DNA of 64,000 nucleotides from an uncultured Clostridia bacterium (GTDB lineage Bacteria; Bacillota; Dehalobacteriia; UBA4068; CALXSR01): NCBI GenBank assembly GCA_944391215.1, contig CALXSR010000010.1, positions 28,547 to 92,546 of the forward strand, read 5' to 3'. Shown piece by piece: positions 28,991 to 37,487 of this stretch (position 1 is its first letter; each line of letters starts with the position of its first letter). The notes under the pieces were generated by a model. It saw only the letters and a program-made list of their open reading frames with translations, ran no database searches and was not told where the DNA came from. The position numbers and the translations under genes were made by a program.

Positions 28991-29956
28991 ATGCCAAATG
29001 CAACCAAACCATTTGCAATGCCCGTTTTGGATTTAGCAGTAGAAGCCAGCTCTCTTGCAAGGGGACAAGCCAATATTGAAATAAAAGGTGTTGTAGAAAA
29101 GGTCCGTCATTTTGAACATGCCACGGTCACCACCATAGAAGTAAACACCCCGGAAGGCGCGGAACAAATGCGTAAACCAATGGGAAGCTATATCACCATA
29201 GAATCGCCAGATATGGGGCTAGATAAGGAATTACTTTCCCCAATTTCCGGGATATTAGCCGAACGCTTACAAAGCTTACTTCCTGAACACAAAAAAGAAA
29301 CTATTTTGCTTATCGGCTTAGGGAATCGCCAAGCTACGCCTGATAGTTTAGGGCCCATGACCATTAATTTCTTAATGCCCACCAGACATTTATTTCAATA
29401 TATGCCGGAAGCAATCAGTGAAAATGAATTGTCTTCCATTTGCACGGTATGTCCTAGCGTTTTGGGTATGACTGGTATTGAAACAGCCGAAATCATTAAA
29501 GGAATTGTTTCTTATGTCAAACCAGCCTGTCTTTTGGTAATCGACGCCCTAGCTGCAGCAAGCCTAAGCCGAATTAGTACCACAATCCAAATTAGCGATA
29601 CCGGTATTAATCCGGGTTCCGGCGTAGGAAATCATCGCAATGCCATTAACAAGGAAAGCATGGGAGTTCCAGTCATTGCCATTGGCGTTCCCACCGTTGT
29701 ACATGCAGCCACAATTATGCAAGAAAGCCTAAAAGAGTTTTCACAAGCAATTCAGTTAAGTCCTTCTGTCAACTGGCAAAATGCCCGTGATACCATGTTG
29801 GATCACATGCTTTCTCCTTTTAATGGCAATTTAGTCGTAACCCCAAAAGATATTGACCAATTAAATTTTAATACAGCAAAAATATTAGCTGCCGGGTTAA
29901 CCAGGGCTTTGCATCCTGGTGTAAACGGAAAAAATTTTTATCAGTATTTACAGTAA
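28991..29956 (+). CDS. gpr: Germination protease (spore protease GPR)
   Basis: DLAVE, GLGNRQATPDSLGP, GMTGIETAEIIKG, IDALAA, SDTGINPGSGVGN and GVPVIAIGVPTVV all align to B. subtilis Gpr motifs. Confidence 0.85.
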   Translation: MPNATKPFAMPVLDLAVEASSLARGQANIEIKGVVEKVRHFEHATVTTIEVNTPEGAEQMRKPMGSYITIESPDMGLDKELLSPISGILAERLQSLLPEHKKETILLIGLGNRQATPDSLGPMTINFLMPTRHLFQYMPEAISENELSSICTVCPSVLGMTGIETAEIIKGIVSYVKPACLLVIDALAAASLSRISTTIQISDTGINPGSGVGNHRNAINKESMGVPVIAIGVPTVVHAATIMQESLKEFSQAIQLSPSVNWQNARDTMLDHMLSPFNGNLVVTPKDIDQLNFNTAKILAAGLTRALHPGVNGKNFYQYLQ

Positions 29957-30059
29957 ACAATGTTTCATTTACAACTTACAATACAAGTTAACAGCCCATT
30001 CCATTGATAATAAATATCGCCACTGCAAATACAATAAACGACAACTTATATAAAACTAA

Positions 30060-30180
30060 AAGAACCCAAGAATCTAATAACCGCTATCTATTATCTATTA
30101 TCTATTAACTACTAACCGCTAATTACTAATAACTAATATTTCATTGCTAATTACTAATTACTGATTCATAATAGCTATAA
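30060..30180. repeat. AT-rich short tandem and direct repeats (ctattat x3; gctaattactaat x2; aaccgcta x2) in the gpr 3' region
   Basis: Direct inspection of the sequence. No ORF spans it. Confidence 0.5.
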
Positions 30181-30223
30181 TTACCCATTGATACCCATGC
30201 CTACAACAAACAATATCAAACTT

Positions 30224-31441
30224 TTACGCTTGCCTTGGCAAGCGTTTTTTATCCCATAAAACCATTAACAGCGTAACCGCAAACATAATAATGCCGGAAA
30301 TAAAAAACCAGAACGCCACGCCAAAGCGTTCGGCGCAAGGACCGGCAATCAGCAATCCCAACGGCATTGCGATGGACATCATACTCCCCATAAGGGAAAA
30401 AGCCCGTCCTAACGCTTCCTCGGGAATATGCTCTTGCATATAAGTCATAATAGGTAACCCATATACATTGCCACAGGCTCCCATAAAAAAGCATAAGCAA
30501 GCAAACAGCCAAAAGAAAAGATACTGCGCAGGCAATAAACCGCAGAGCAAAACAATCGTTCCAAGCCCGATCAAGCCGCCGCGCGCAATTTGTAATTTAT
30601 CCCTGTCGCTATGTAAGCGGCCCATCCATAAAGCAGACAACATCATGCCAGCCGCATAACAAAATTCCACAATACTGCCGTGAAAAGCGTTTACATGAAA
30701 ATAATCGCTGCTCATCAAAGGATATAAAGACGAAAGAGGCATATAAAAAATCATACAAATGCCGGCATTAAGCAAAATATGTAATAATTGCGGCCGCATC
30801 CGGAAAACCGCAATGCCTTCCCTTAATTCTCGTAAAAAATTTGGATAATGCACATTGTTTCGCCCAGGTTCCTGAATTTTCACTACAGCTACCGTGATGC
30901 TGGCCACCAAAGAACCGATAAAATCAGTAAGTAAAATGACCGGCATAGAAAAGGCTCCAAATAGCAAGGCGCCCACTACCGGTCCCAACATAAAAGCGCC
31001 GGATTGCATAAACTGACTCCAGCCATTGGCCTGCATTAGAGCATTTTGCGGAACAAGCATGGGAATAAGCGCTTGAATAGCAGGAGTATGGAATACATTG
31101 CCAATGGCCCGAATCCCTAAAACCAAACAAACCGTCCAAACCGGCGGCTGACCTATCGCAAAAAAAATAGCAAATACAGCCGCGACCAAACCAATAAATA
31201 AATCTGCGCCAATCACAACATATTTTCTTTTCATACGGTCGATCCAAACACCCGCAATAGGCCCTAAGAATAATTGAGGCAAAAAAGCAACCAAACCAGC
31301 CAAAGACAACATCATAGGAGACGCCGTTTCCTGCGCCATCCACCATATTAAAGCAAATTGTACCGCAGAGCTACCAATCAAGGAAACGGTTTGTCCGCAG
31401 GCAATGGTAAAAAACTGTTTCTGCCATTTTTCTAAATTCAT
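30224..31441 (-). CDS. MFS transporter, DHA3/macrolide-efflux (Mef)-like family
   Basis: 405 aa, 12 TM. The N-terminal motif GQTVSLIGSSAVQFALIWW resembles Mef/DHA3-type exporters. Family call from memory. Confidence 0.75.
   Translation of the reverse strand: MNLEKWQKQFFTIACGQTVSLIGSSAVQFALIWWMAQETASPMMLSLAGLVAFLPQLFLGPIAGVWIDRMKRKYVVIGADLFIGLVAAVFAIFFAIGQPPVWTVCLVLGIRAIGNVFHTPAIQALIPMLVPQNALMQANGWSQFMQSGAFMLGPVVGALLFGAFSMPVILLTDFIGSLVASITVAVVKIQEPGRNNVHYPNFLRELREGIAVFRMRPQLLHILLNAGICMIFYMPLSSLYPLMSSDYFHVNAFHGSIVEFCYAAGMMLSALWMGRLHSDRDKLQIARGGLIGLGTIVLLCGLLPAQYLFFWLFACLCFFMGACGNVYGLPIMTYMQEHIPEEALGRAFSLMGSMMSIAMPLGLLIAGPCAERFGVAFWFFISGIIMFAVTLLMVLWDKKRLPRQA
30227..30250 (+). terminator. Plus-strand terminator overlapping the 3' end of the convergent MFS gene (probable gpr transcript end)
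   Basis: cgcttgc cttg gcaagcg hairpin followed by TTTTTTAT on the plus strand. No T-run on the minus side. Confidence 0.5.
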
Positions 31442-31627
31442 TGTTTTTTCTCCTTTGTTATAAAAATACAGACAGCCGCCCGACCGTTTTGGGCTGCTGC
31501 CTGCTATTTTTCAGTACAAAGATAAAATACAAGAAAACAGAATACACACCGTTTCTCATATTACCATCTGCAAAAATAAGCACAACAAAAAAACCCAAAG
31601 CAAAGGGTCATTTTTTTGATTACGGCC

Positions 31628-31651
31628 TTATTTCAAACAAATGGTTTGCAT
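31628..31651 (-). CDS. 7-codon upstream ORF (MQTICLK) in the leader of the Mef-like MFS gene; candidate attenuation leader peptide
   Basis: ATG at 31651 with RBS AAAGGAG 8 nt upstream. Lies between a consensus-like promoter (31684..31712) and a terminator-like hairpin upstream of the MFS RBS. Confidence 0.4.
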   Translation of the reverse strand: MQTICLK

Positions 31652-31683
31652 CCACACAACTCCTTTTAAAATTATGTTTTTTA

Positions 31684-31712
31684 AGTATAGTATGAAACAA
31701 GTAATGCGTCAA
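31684..31712 (-). promoter_or_regulatory. Sigma-A-type promoter for the Mef-like MFS gene (leader about 235 nt)
   Basis: Minus strand: TTGACG, 17 nt, TATACT. Confidence 0.55.
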
Positions 31713-31741
31713 GCTTTTTCTAATAATACAATAAAATATGT

Positions 31742-31772
31742 AAAAACCCCGACTATAGTCGGGGTTTTTTAC
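31742..31772. terminator. Bidirectional rho-independent terminator (ends the SASP gene)
   Basis: aaaaa ccccgact atag tcgggg tttttt. A perfect 8-bp GC-rich stem flanked by an A-run and a T-run. Confidence 0.85.
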
Positions 31773-31802
31773 ACAGCATATATTTGAATCGAATATAGCT
31801 AA

Positions 31803-32069
31803 TTAGTTGTTGCTGTTATTGCTATTAGAAGAATATTGCCCAATCATTTGGGTTTGGCTAGAGCTGTTTACAGCATTAGTTTGGCCTTGGGACAAAGCTT
31901 GTTCCGCAAAAGCAACCATTTTTTTCGTCATGTTACCACCAACGTAACCATTTTGACGAGAAGAAAGTTGGCCTTTGTCAATTTGATCATAATTGGTAAT
32001 ACCAAGTTCGTTCGCAACTTCCATTTTGAATTGATTTAAACCTTTGGAGTTTTTATTGTTGTTAGACAT
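31803..32069 (-). CDS. Alpha/beta-type small acid-soluble spore protein with Asn/Ser-rich C-terminal tail
   Basis: KMEVANELG...LSSRQNGYVGGNMTKKMV are SASP alpha/beta signature regions. Strong RBS AAGGAGGTG. Confidence 0.85.
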   Translation of the reverse strand: MSNNNKNSKGLNQFKMEVANELGITNYDQIDKGQLSSRQNGYVGGNMTKKMVAFAEQALSQGQTNAVNSSSQTQMIGQYSSNSNNSNN

Positions 32070-32161
32070 TCAAGTTTCACCTCCTTGTACTGTGCTGAGA
32101 CTATTGTTTGCCAACAGGGCTCACTTTATACAAGAAAGCGATTTGCAGTTTTTTCCTTTTT

Positions 32162-34462
32162 TTAATGCCACAATGGAAATTTTTCATCTACATATTGCAT
32201 CAGTTCTTCATTCCTATCTTTTTGTAATAACATGCGCGCATCTTCTCTGGCTATTTCCAGCCATTTGCCATCACGGAACAAATCCGCCACTTTCATTTCC
32301 GGAATGCCATGTTGTTTGGTACCAAAAAACTCCCCTGGGCCACGCAATTTCAAATCCTCTTCCGCAATGCGGAAACCATCATTACTTTGCGTCATAATAC
32401 GCATTCTTGCTCTGGCCACATCCGTTTTTGCTTCATGTAATAAAATACAAAAAGATTCTTCTTTGCCACGGCCAATACGGCCTCTTAATTGATGTAATTG
32501 CGCCAACCCAAAACGTTCCGCATTTTTTACAACCATAACACTAGCATTTGGCACATTAATGCCTACTTCCACTACTGTAGTAGCGACCAATACGTCAATT
32601 TTTCCGGCACGAAAAAGTTCCGCTATTTCTTGTTTTTCCCCGCTTTTTAGCTTTCCATGCATCAGGGCTATTTTTAAATTTTTTAAATCGTTTTGCGTTA
32701 ATTTTTCAGCTAATTCACTTGCCGATTGCAAATCCAACTTTTCCGATTCTTCTAATAAAGGGCAAACAATATAGGCTTGCCGGCCCTTTTGTACTTCTTT
32801 TTCCACAAAACGCCAGACCCGACTTTCATAATCAAAATTTACAGCATATGTTTTAACCGGCTTTCTGCCCGGCGGTAATTCATCAATGATAGAAAGCTGC
32901 AAATCGCCATATAAAGTCATGGAAAGCGTTCTAGGAATCGGCGTTGCCGTCATAACCAAAATATCCGGTTCCTGCCCTTTTTGCTGCAAACCAACTCTTT
33001 GCATTACTCCAAAACGGTGTTGTTCATCGGTAATAGCAATCCCAAGTTTCGCAAATTGCACATTGTTTTGAATTAAGGCATGGGTGCCAATGATAATATC
33101 TGCAGTACCGTCGGCAATCAGCTGCAACAATTCTTTTTTTTCTTTCACAGTTCCGCTGCCGGTATATAAAACTACCTTGGCGCCTAAAGAACCCAATAGT
33201 TTGCCCAAATCCTCATAATGTTGGTTAGCTAACAATTCTGTTGGTACCATCAAAGCGCCTTGATAACCGGAACAAAACGTTTTGTATAAGGCGGCAGCTG
33301 CTACTACCGTTTTCCCCGAACCCACATCTCCTTGCAACAAACGCGCCATGGCAATCGGACTTTCCATATCATGATAAATTTCATTCACACAACGCATTTG
33401 TGCTTCGGTCAATGCATAAGGTAACGATTTTACAAAACGATTTAAAATTTGGCCATTTTTATCATGTGCAATCCCAGGCAAATGTTTTTTATTTCCTAAG
33501 CGTCCCAATGCTAACTGCAACAAAAGGAACTCTTCGTAAACCAAAGACATCCGAGCCAATTCTATCTCCGGCAAGTTTTGCGGGAAATGCAAATGATAGA
33601 AAGCCCGCTCCCGGCTCGGAAAACCGTACTTTTCTTGTAAAAAGGCGGGAACTACGTCGCAAATATCCTGATGGTACAAAGTCCAAGCATCAGCAATTAT
33701 TTTGCGCATCGCTTTTTGATTTAATTTATCCGTTAAACGGTAAATTGGTAAAATTCCTTTTGCCATTGCCATACCGTCATCTAGTAACTCATAATCTTGT
33801 ACGCTAAATTGTAATTGCGCATATTTTTTTTCTAATTTACCATGTAGAAAAATTCTCTTTCCGGGAGACAGTTTTTGCGCTAAAAATTTTTGGTTAAACC
33901 AAATTGCCACAATAATACCGCTTTCATCCCGTATCCACGCTTTCAAAATATGCATGCGATAATGCGGCTGCATTTCTGCAATTTTTATCACTTCTCCTTG
34001 AATATTGGCTACCTGGTTAATAGCCAAAGAACTGATATATTCTACGCGGCTGCGGTCTTCATAATCGCGAGGCAAGAAAAAAAGCAAATCACCCACAGTA
34101 TGAATATTTAGTTTTTGCAATAAAGCAGCCCTTTTTGGTCCAATATTTTTTAAGTACCGCACTGGTGTCGTCAATTTTTGCGACGCCGTTATTGGCAAGG
34201 GCTTTTCCACCGCCTCTTTCTCGATAGAAGACCAATCCATATTTGCAGCTACTTGGCGCATTAAAACCAAAATTTGCGATCTTTCTAAAGGCGCCGCCAT
34301 CTCATAGTTTACTGCTAACTGCCATAAATGCTCGTTTTTTCGCTGCCGAGCAAATTGTTTTACAAACTCGGCAAATCCGCCAAAAACAGCACCGTCAGAA
34401 TAGCCCATCTTTTCTTCTTTTTCTATTAATGATAAAAAATTGATTTGTTGCAAACCGCTCAC
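32162..34462 (-). CDS. recG: ATP-dependent DNA helicase RecG
   Basis: Wedge/OB region, helicase motifs GDVGSGKTVVA and DEQHRFGV, and a C-terminal helicase domain. 766 aa, so the N-terminal start may be internal. Confidence 0.9.
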   Translation of the reverse strand: MSGLQQINFLSLIEKEEKMGYSDGAVFGGFAEFVKQFARQRKNEHLWQLAVNYEMAAPLERSQILVLMRQVAANMDWSSIEKEAVEKPLPITASQKLTTPVRYLKNIGPKRAALLQKLNIHTVGDLLFFLPRDYEDRSRVEYISSLAINQVANIQGEVIKIAEMQPHYRMHILKAWIRDESGIIVAIWFNQKFLAQKLSPGKRIFLHGKLEKKYAQLQFSVQDYELLDDGMAMAKGILPIYRLTDKLNQKAMRKIIADAWTLYHQDICDVVPAFLQEKYGFPSRERAFYHLHFPQNLPEIELARMSLVYEEFLLLQLALGRLGNKKHLPGIAHDKNGQILNRFVKSLPYALTEAQMRCVNEIYHDMESPIAMARLLQGDVGSGKTVVAAAALYKTFCSGYQGALMVPTELLANQHYEDLGKLLGSLGAKVVLYTGSGTVKEKKELLQLIADGTADIIIGTHALIQNNVQFAKLGIAITDEQHRFGVMQRVGLQQKGQEPDILVMTATPIPRTLSMTLYGDLQLSIIDELPPGRKPVKTYAVNFDYESRVWRFVEKEVQKGRQAYIVCPLLEESEKLDLQSASELAEKLTQNDLKNLKIALMHGKLKSGEKQEIAELFRAGKIDVLVATTVVEVGINVPNASVMVVKNAERFGLAQLHQLRGRIGRGKEESFCILLHEAKTDVARARMRIMTQSNDGFRIAEEDLKLRGPGEFFGTKQHGIPEMKVADLFRDGKWLEIAREDARMLLQKDRNEELMQYVDEKFPLWH

Positions 34463-34510
34463 CTACTTTAATAAAAAACCCCTTAAGGCACTTGCCTTAA
34501 GGGGCATCAA

Positions 34511-36172
34511 CTATTCTACCGATACTAATAAATAGTACAAAGGCTGGCCTCCGTAATGAATTTCAATATCTAAATCCGGATACCGTGCTTCCAGCTTCTC
34601 AACTAATTGCGTAGTTTTCTCCTCTTCATAATCTTTGCCGTAAAATACGCTAATTAAGCTGTCCGTATCGCTCACCATATTTTGCAGTAAATCCAACATA
34701 GTTGTATCAATATCTTCCCCAACCACTTTAATTTGGCCTTCCTGCAAACCTAAAATATCGTTCTCATGAATTTGAAAACCATCATAGGAAGATGCCCTTA
34801 CCGCATAAGTAATTTCTCCCGATTTGACCCCTTGGAAACTATCTTTCATCAGTTCCATATTTTCCGCAGCACTACTTTCTTGCAAGAAAGTAAGCATGGC
34901 AGCCAATCCTTGGGTGATGAATTTACATTCCACAACTTCCACTTTTTTTTCAGTTAGTAGTTTCGCCTGTTTTGCAGTTAAAATAATATTACTATTATTC
35001 GGCAAAATAATAACCTCTTTGGCTGGCAAGCTTTCAATCGCTTTCACCAAATCTTCCGTACTGGGGTTCATCGTTTGCCCGCCATTGATGATGGCACCCG
35101 CGCCTAAATCAGTAAAAATTTGCGCCAATCCATCGCCGCTTACTACGGCTACTACACCGCAATTCGCCAGCTTTTGCTCTTCTTGCGCAGCAATATTTTC
35201 AGACGGCTGCAAATCTTCTTTTTGGACAATTTCCTCCAAATCTTGCAAATGGTGATGCTGCTCCCGCATATTATCAATTTTAATATCATGCATGCTACCA
35301 AATTGCGCTACATAAGACAACAAAGCGCCTGGATTATTGGTATGAAAATGCATTTTTACAACATTTTCATCGCCGACAACCAATAACGAATCGCCATCTA
35401 AAGTGGAAAGATAAGCACGAACTTGATCCGGATTTAAGCGTCGCCCCTTTAACAATACTTCAGTACAATAACCATATTTAATATCGCCACTGCTTTGGGC
35501 CTGGGCAGAAAAATCGGTTTTGACTGTTTCTTTTTTCATGGAAACAGGTTCCAAAACCAAATCCGTATCGCCACGCAAATTTTTCAAACCACCAGTAAAA
35601 ATGCAAATAAGACCTTGTCCTCCGGCATCTACCACACCGGCTTTTTTTAATACCGGCAGTTGGTTAGGAGTATTGGCCAAAGCTTCTTCTCCTTTGGCAA
35701 TACCATAAGACAAAACTTCTAGAATATCGTCGCAACTTTGCGCTTTTTCCGTTACTGCTTCCGACATCATACGCCCCACAGTTAAAACAGTACCCTCTAC
35801 CGGTTTCATAACCGATTTATAAGCCAAGGCAACCCCTTTGGCTAACGCTTCCGCAAAATCTTGCGCATTTAAAGTTTCCTTTTGCCCAACACCTTGGGCA
35901 AAGCCCCGAAATAACTGAGAAAGGATTACCCCGGAATTTCCTCTAGCTCCCATTAAAGCCCCCATGGAAACACTAGCCATTACTTGTGTCGCCGTTGCTT
36001 TTCCCGCGATATCCTTAATTGCCGAATGCATCGTAAGGGACATATTGGTTCCCGTATCTCCATCTGGTACCGGGAAAACGTTTAAAGCGTTTACCTGCTC
36101 CTTATTTGCTGATAAAAAGGCGCAGCCACCGGCAAAAAAATCCCCCAAAGATGCCGCCGTTAATTGTTTCAT
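34511..36172 (-). CDS. yloV: DAK2 domain fusion protein YloV
   Basis: N-terminal DAK2 motif FPVPDGDTGTNM and a C-terminal YloV/DegV-like domain. Confidence 0.9.
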   Translation of the reverse strand: MKQLTAASLGDFFAGGCAFLSANKEQVNALNVFPVPDGDTGTNMSLTMHSAIKDIAGKATATQVMASVSMGALMGARGNSGVILSQLFRGFAQGVGQKETLNAQDFAEALAKGVALAYKSVMKPVEGTVLTVGRMMSEAVTEKAQSCDDILEVLSYGIAKGEEALANTPNQLPVLKKAGVVDAGGQGLICIFTGGLKNLRGDTDLVLEPVSMKKETVKTDFSAQAQSSGDIKYGYCTEVLLKGRRLNPDQVRAYLSTLDGDSLLVVGDENVVKMHFHTNNPGALLSYVAQFGSMHDIKIDNMREQHHHLQDLEEIVQKEDLQPSENIAAQEEQKLANCGVVAVVSGDGLAQIFTDLGAGAIINGGQTMNPSTEDLVKAIESLPAKEVIILPNNSNIILTAKQAKLLTEKKVEVVECKFITQGLAAMLTFLQESSAAENMELMKDSFQGVKSGEITYAVRASSYDGFQIHENDILGLQEGQIKVVGEDIDTTMLDLLQNMVSDTDSLISVFYGKDYEEEKTTQLVEKLEARYPDLDIEIHYGGQPLYYLLVSVE

Positions 36173-36183
36173 TCTGATCCTCC

Positions 36184-36573
36184 TTAGTCAACCATTCTCA
36201 CACCCTGAATATTTACCTGAACATGGTCAACTATCAAGTCTGTGTGTTTTTCTACTGTATATTTTACATTACTTATCACATTATTGGCAACCTCTGAAAG
36301 TTTTGTACCATAGCCAACCACGATATTGACCGTTATTTGCAGTCCATTGTCTTTTTCCTTTACCTCTACGCCTTTGTGTAACGCTTCTTTTTTTAATAAT
36401 TCGGCGATACCGTCGCTAAATTTATTGGAAGCCATGCCAACAATACCAAAGCATTCATTGGCGGCCAATCCCGCTAAAGTTGCAATAACCTGGCGGTCTA
36501 TGACAATTTTACCATAAGGTGTGTTAATTTCCCTGCTCAAAACAAAAACCTCCTCCCACTTAGGGTATAGCAA
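36184..36573 (-). CDS. Asp23/Gls24 family envelope stress protein (YloU-like)
   Basis: GIVGMASNKFSDG motif typical of Asp23. Upstream of yloV as in B. subtilis yloU-yloV. The true start is probably internal, near LSREINTPYGKI. Confidence 0.85.
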   Translation of the reverse strand: MLYPKWEEVFVLSREINTPYGKIVIDRQVIATLAGLAANECFGIVGMASNKFSDGIAELLKKEALHKGVEVKEKDNGLQITVNIVVGYGTKLSEVANNVISNVKYTVEKHTDLIVDHVQVNIQGVRMVD

Positions 36574-36648
36574 TAGTATACTGAAACTGCTTCATAAAAT
36601 CAAATATTTTTCCAGAACACTTTTTATTCGCTTTTTTTTAATTTTTCC

Positions 36649-36677
36649 TTGCAAAAGCGCAAGCAATTTGATAAAAT
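36649..36677 (+). promoter_or_regulatory. Sigma-A promoter for rpmB
   Basis: TTGCAA, 17 nt, TAAAAT, about 45 nt upstream of the rpmB ATG. Confidence 0.5.
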
Positions 36678-36724
36678 CTTCTAGTATATATGAGTTAGTC
36701 CGAGGACAAAAGGAGGTGCAGCAA

Positions 36725-36913
36725 ATGGCAAAATGCGAAATTTGCGGCAAAAGTATTAAAAGTGGGATGTCTGTCAGTCACTCCCATATTCGCACCAAAA
36801 GAACCTGGAAACCCAACTTGCAAAAAGTACGGGCAATTGTAAACGGCTCCCCCAAAAGAATTACCGCCTGCACCCGTTGCTTGCGTTCCGGTAAAGTGCA
36901 AAGAGATATTTAA
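36725..36913 (+). CDS. rpmB: 50S ribosomal protein L28
   Basis: MAKCEICGKSIKSGMSVSHSHIRTKRTWKPNLQKVRAIVNGSPKRITACTRCLRSGKV is canonical L28. RBS AAAGGAGGTG. The ORF track merged it into a longer frame (36521..36913). Confidence 0.9.
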   Translation: MAKCEICGKSIKSGMSVSHSHIRTKRTWKPNLQKVRAIVNGSPKRITACTRCLRSGKVQRDI

Positions 36914-36931
36914 AACTGAAATAAATGATAA

Positions 36932-36957
36932 AAGCGCGTAAAACGCGCTTTTATTTT
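36932..36957 (+). terminator. rpmB terminator
   Basis: aagcgcg taaaa cgcgctt followed by TTATTTTT. Confidence 0.75.
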
Positions 36958-37015
36958 TACGGCCAATCACCCAAAATTCCGTTTTTTCATACAATAAAAG
37001 TAGAAAAAAGCGGAG

Positions 37016-37246
37016 GTGATCCGGATTTTGCGCAGCCAAGCAGAAATTATAACCAGAGTAAACAAATATAAAGAAAAACTGGCTTTCGCCATAGAAGAAA
37101 AAGAAAACTACGACAACCATATTTGTCCTGATATCGATTTAGTGATATTTTCCCTTGTTGATAAACTGGAAACTTTGTTATGGGTATTAGAGCTGGATTT
37201 ACCGGATGGAGATATTTTAGATAAATTGATGGGGACCAGCCATTAA
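37016..37246 (+). CDS. Hypothetical small acidic protein, 76 aa (start uncertain; GTG or downstream TTG)
   Basis: ORF with GGAGG immediately upstream and its own terminator hairpin downstream (37287..37320). No recognised family. Confidence 0.3.
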   Translation: MIRILRSQAEIITRVNKYKEKLAFAIEEKENYDNHICPDIDLVIFSLVDKLETLLWVLELDLPDGDILDKLMGTSH

Positions 37247-37286
37247 ATATCGTTTTAAAATATAATTTATCCTACCCGGAACCATA

Positions 37287-37320
37287 ATATTGGCATAGCT
37301 AGGCTATGCCATATTTTATT
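37287..37320 (+). terminator. Terminator after the 76-aa ORF
   Basis: tggcatagc tag gctatgcca hairpin followed by TATTTTATT. Confidence 0.5.
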
Positions 37321-37487
37321 AGCCAACTTCATTTTATTTTTTACTTCGTATCTATTTTATATTGCTATAATTGGAATAGACAAAAAGCAAGGGAAACGTA
37401 TAATGAAGTTAATATTTTTTTCACTGTATTGCAATGATTATTATCCTTATCAATAAAGATACCAGATCATGAATAAGAAGGTGTTTT

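Noticed and set aside
30924-31346. 140-aa minus-strand alternative-frame ORF and 30249..30512 ORF inside the Mef-like MFS gene
   Set aside because: Alternative frames of a clear 12-TM transporter gene. Cys/Gly/Tyr-rich nonsense translation.
36695-37120. 141-aa minus-strand ORF
   Set aside because: Antisense to rpmB and its terminator. Poly-V/F N-terminus is an artefact of the A/T-rich template.
37411-37464. 17-codon ORF (MKLIFFSLYCNDYYPYQ) considered as a possible spoVM-like gene near rpmB
   Set aside because: No similarity to SpoVM (amphipathic, Lys/Arg-rich). Weak RBS. Probably leader sequence of the degraded GGDEF gene.
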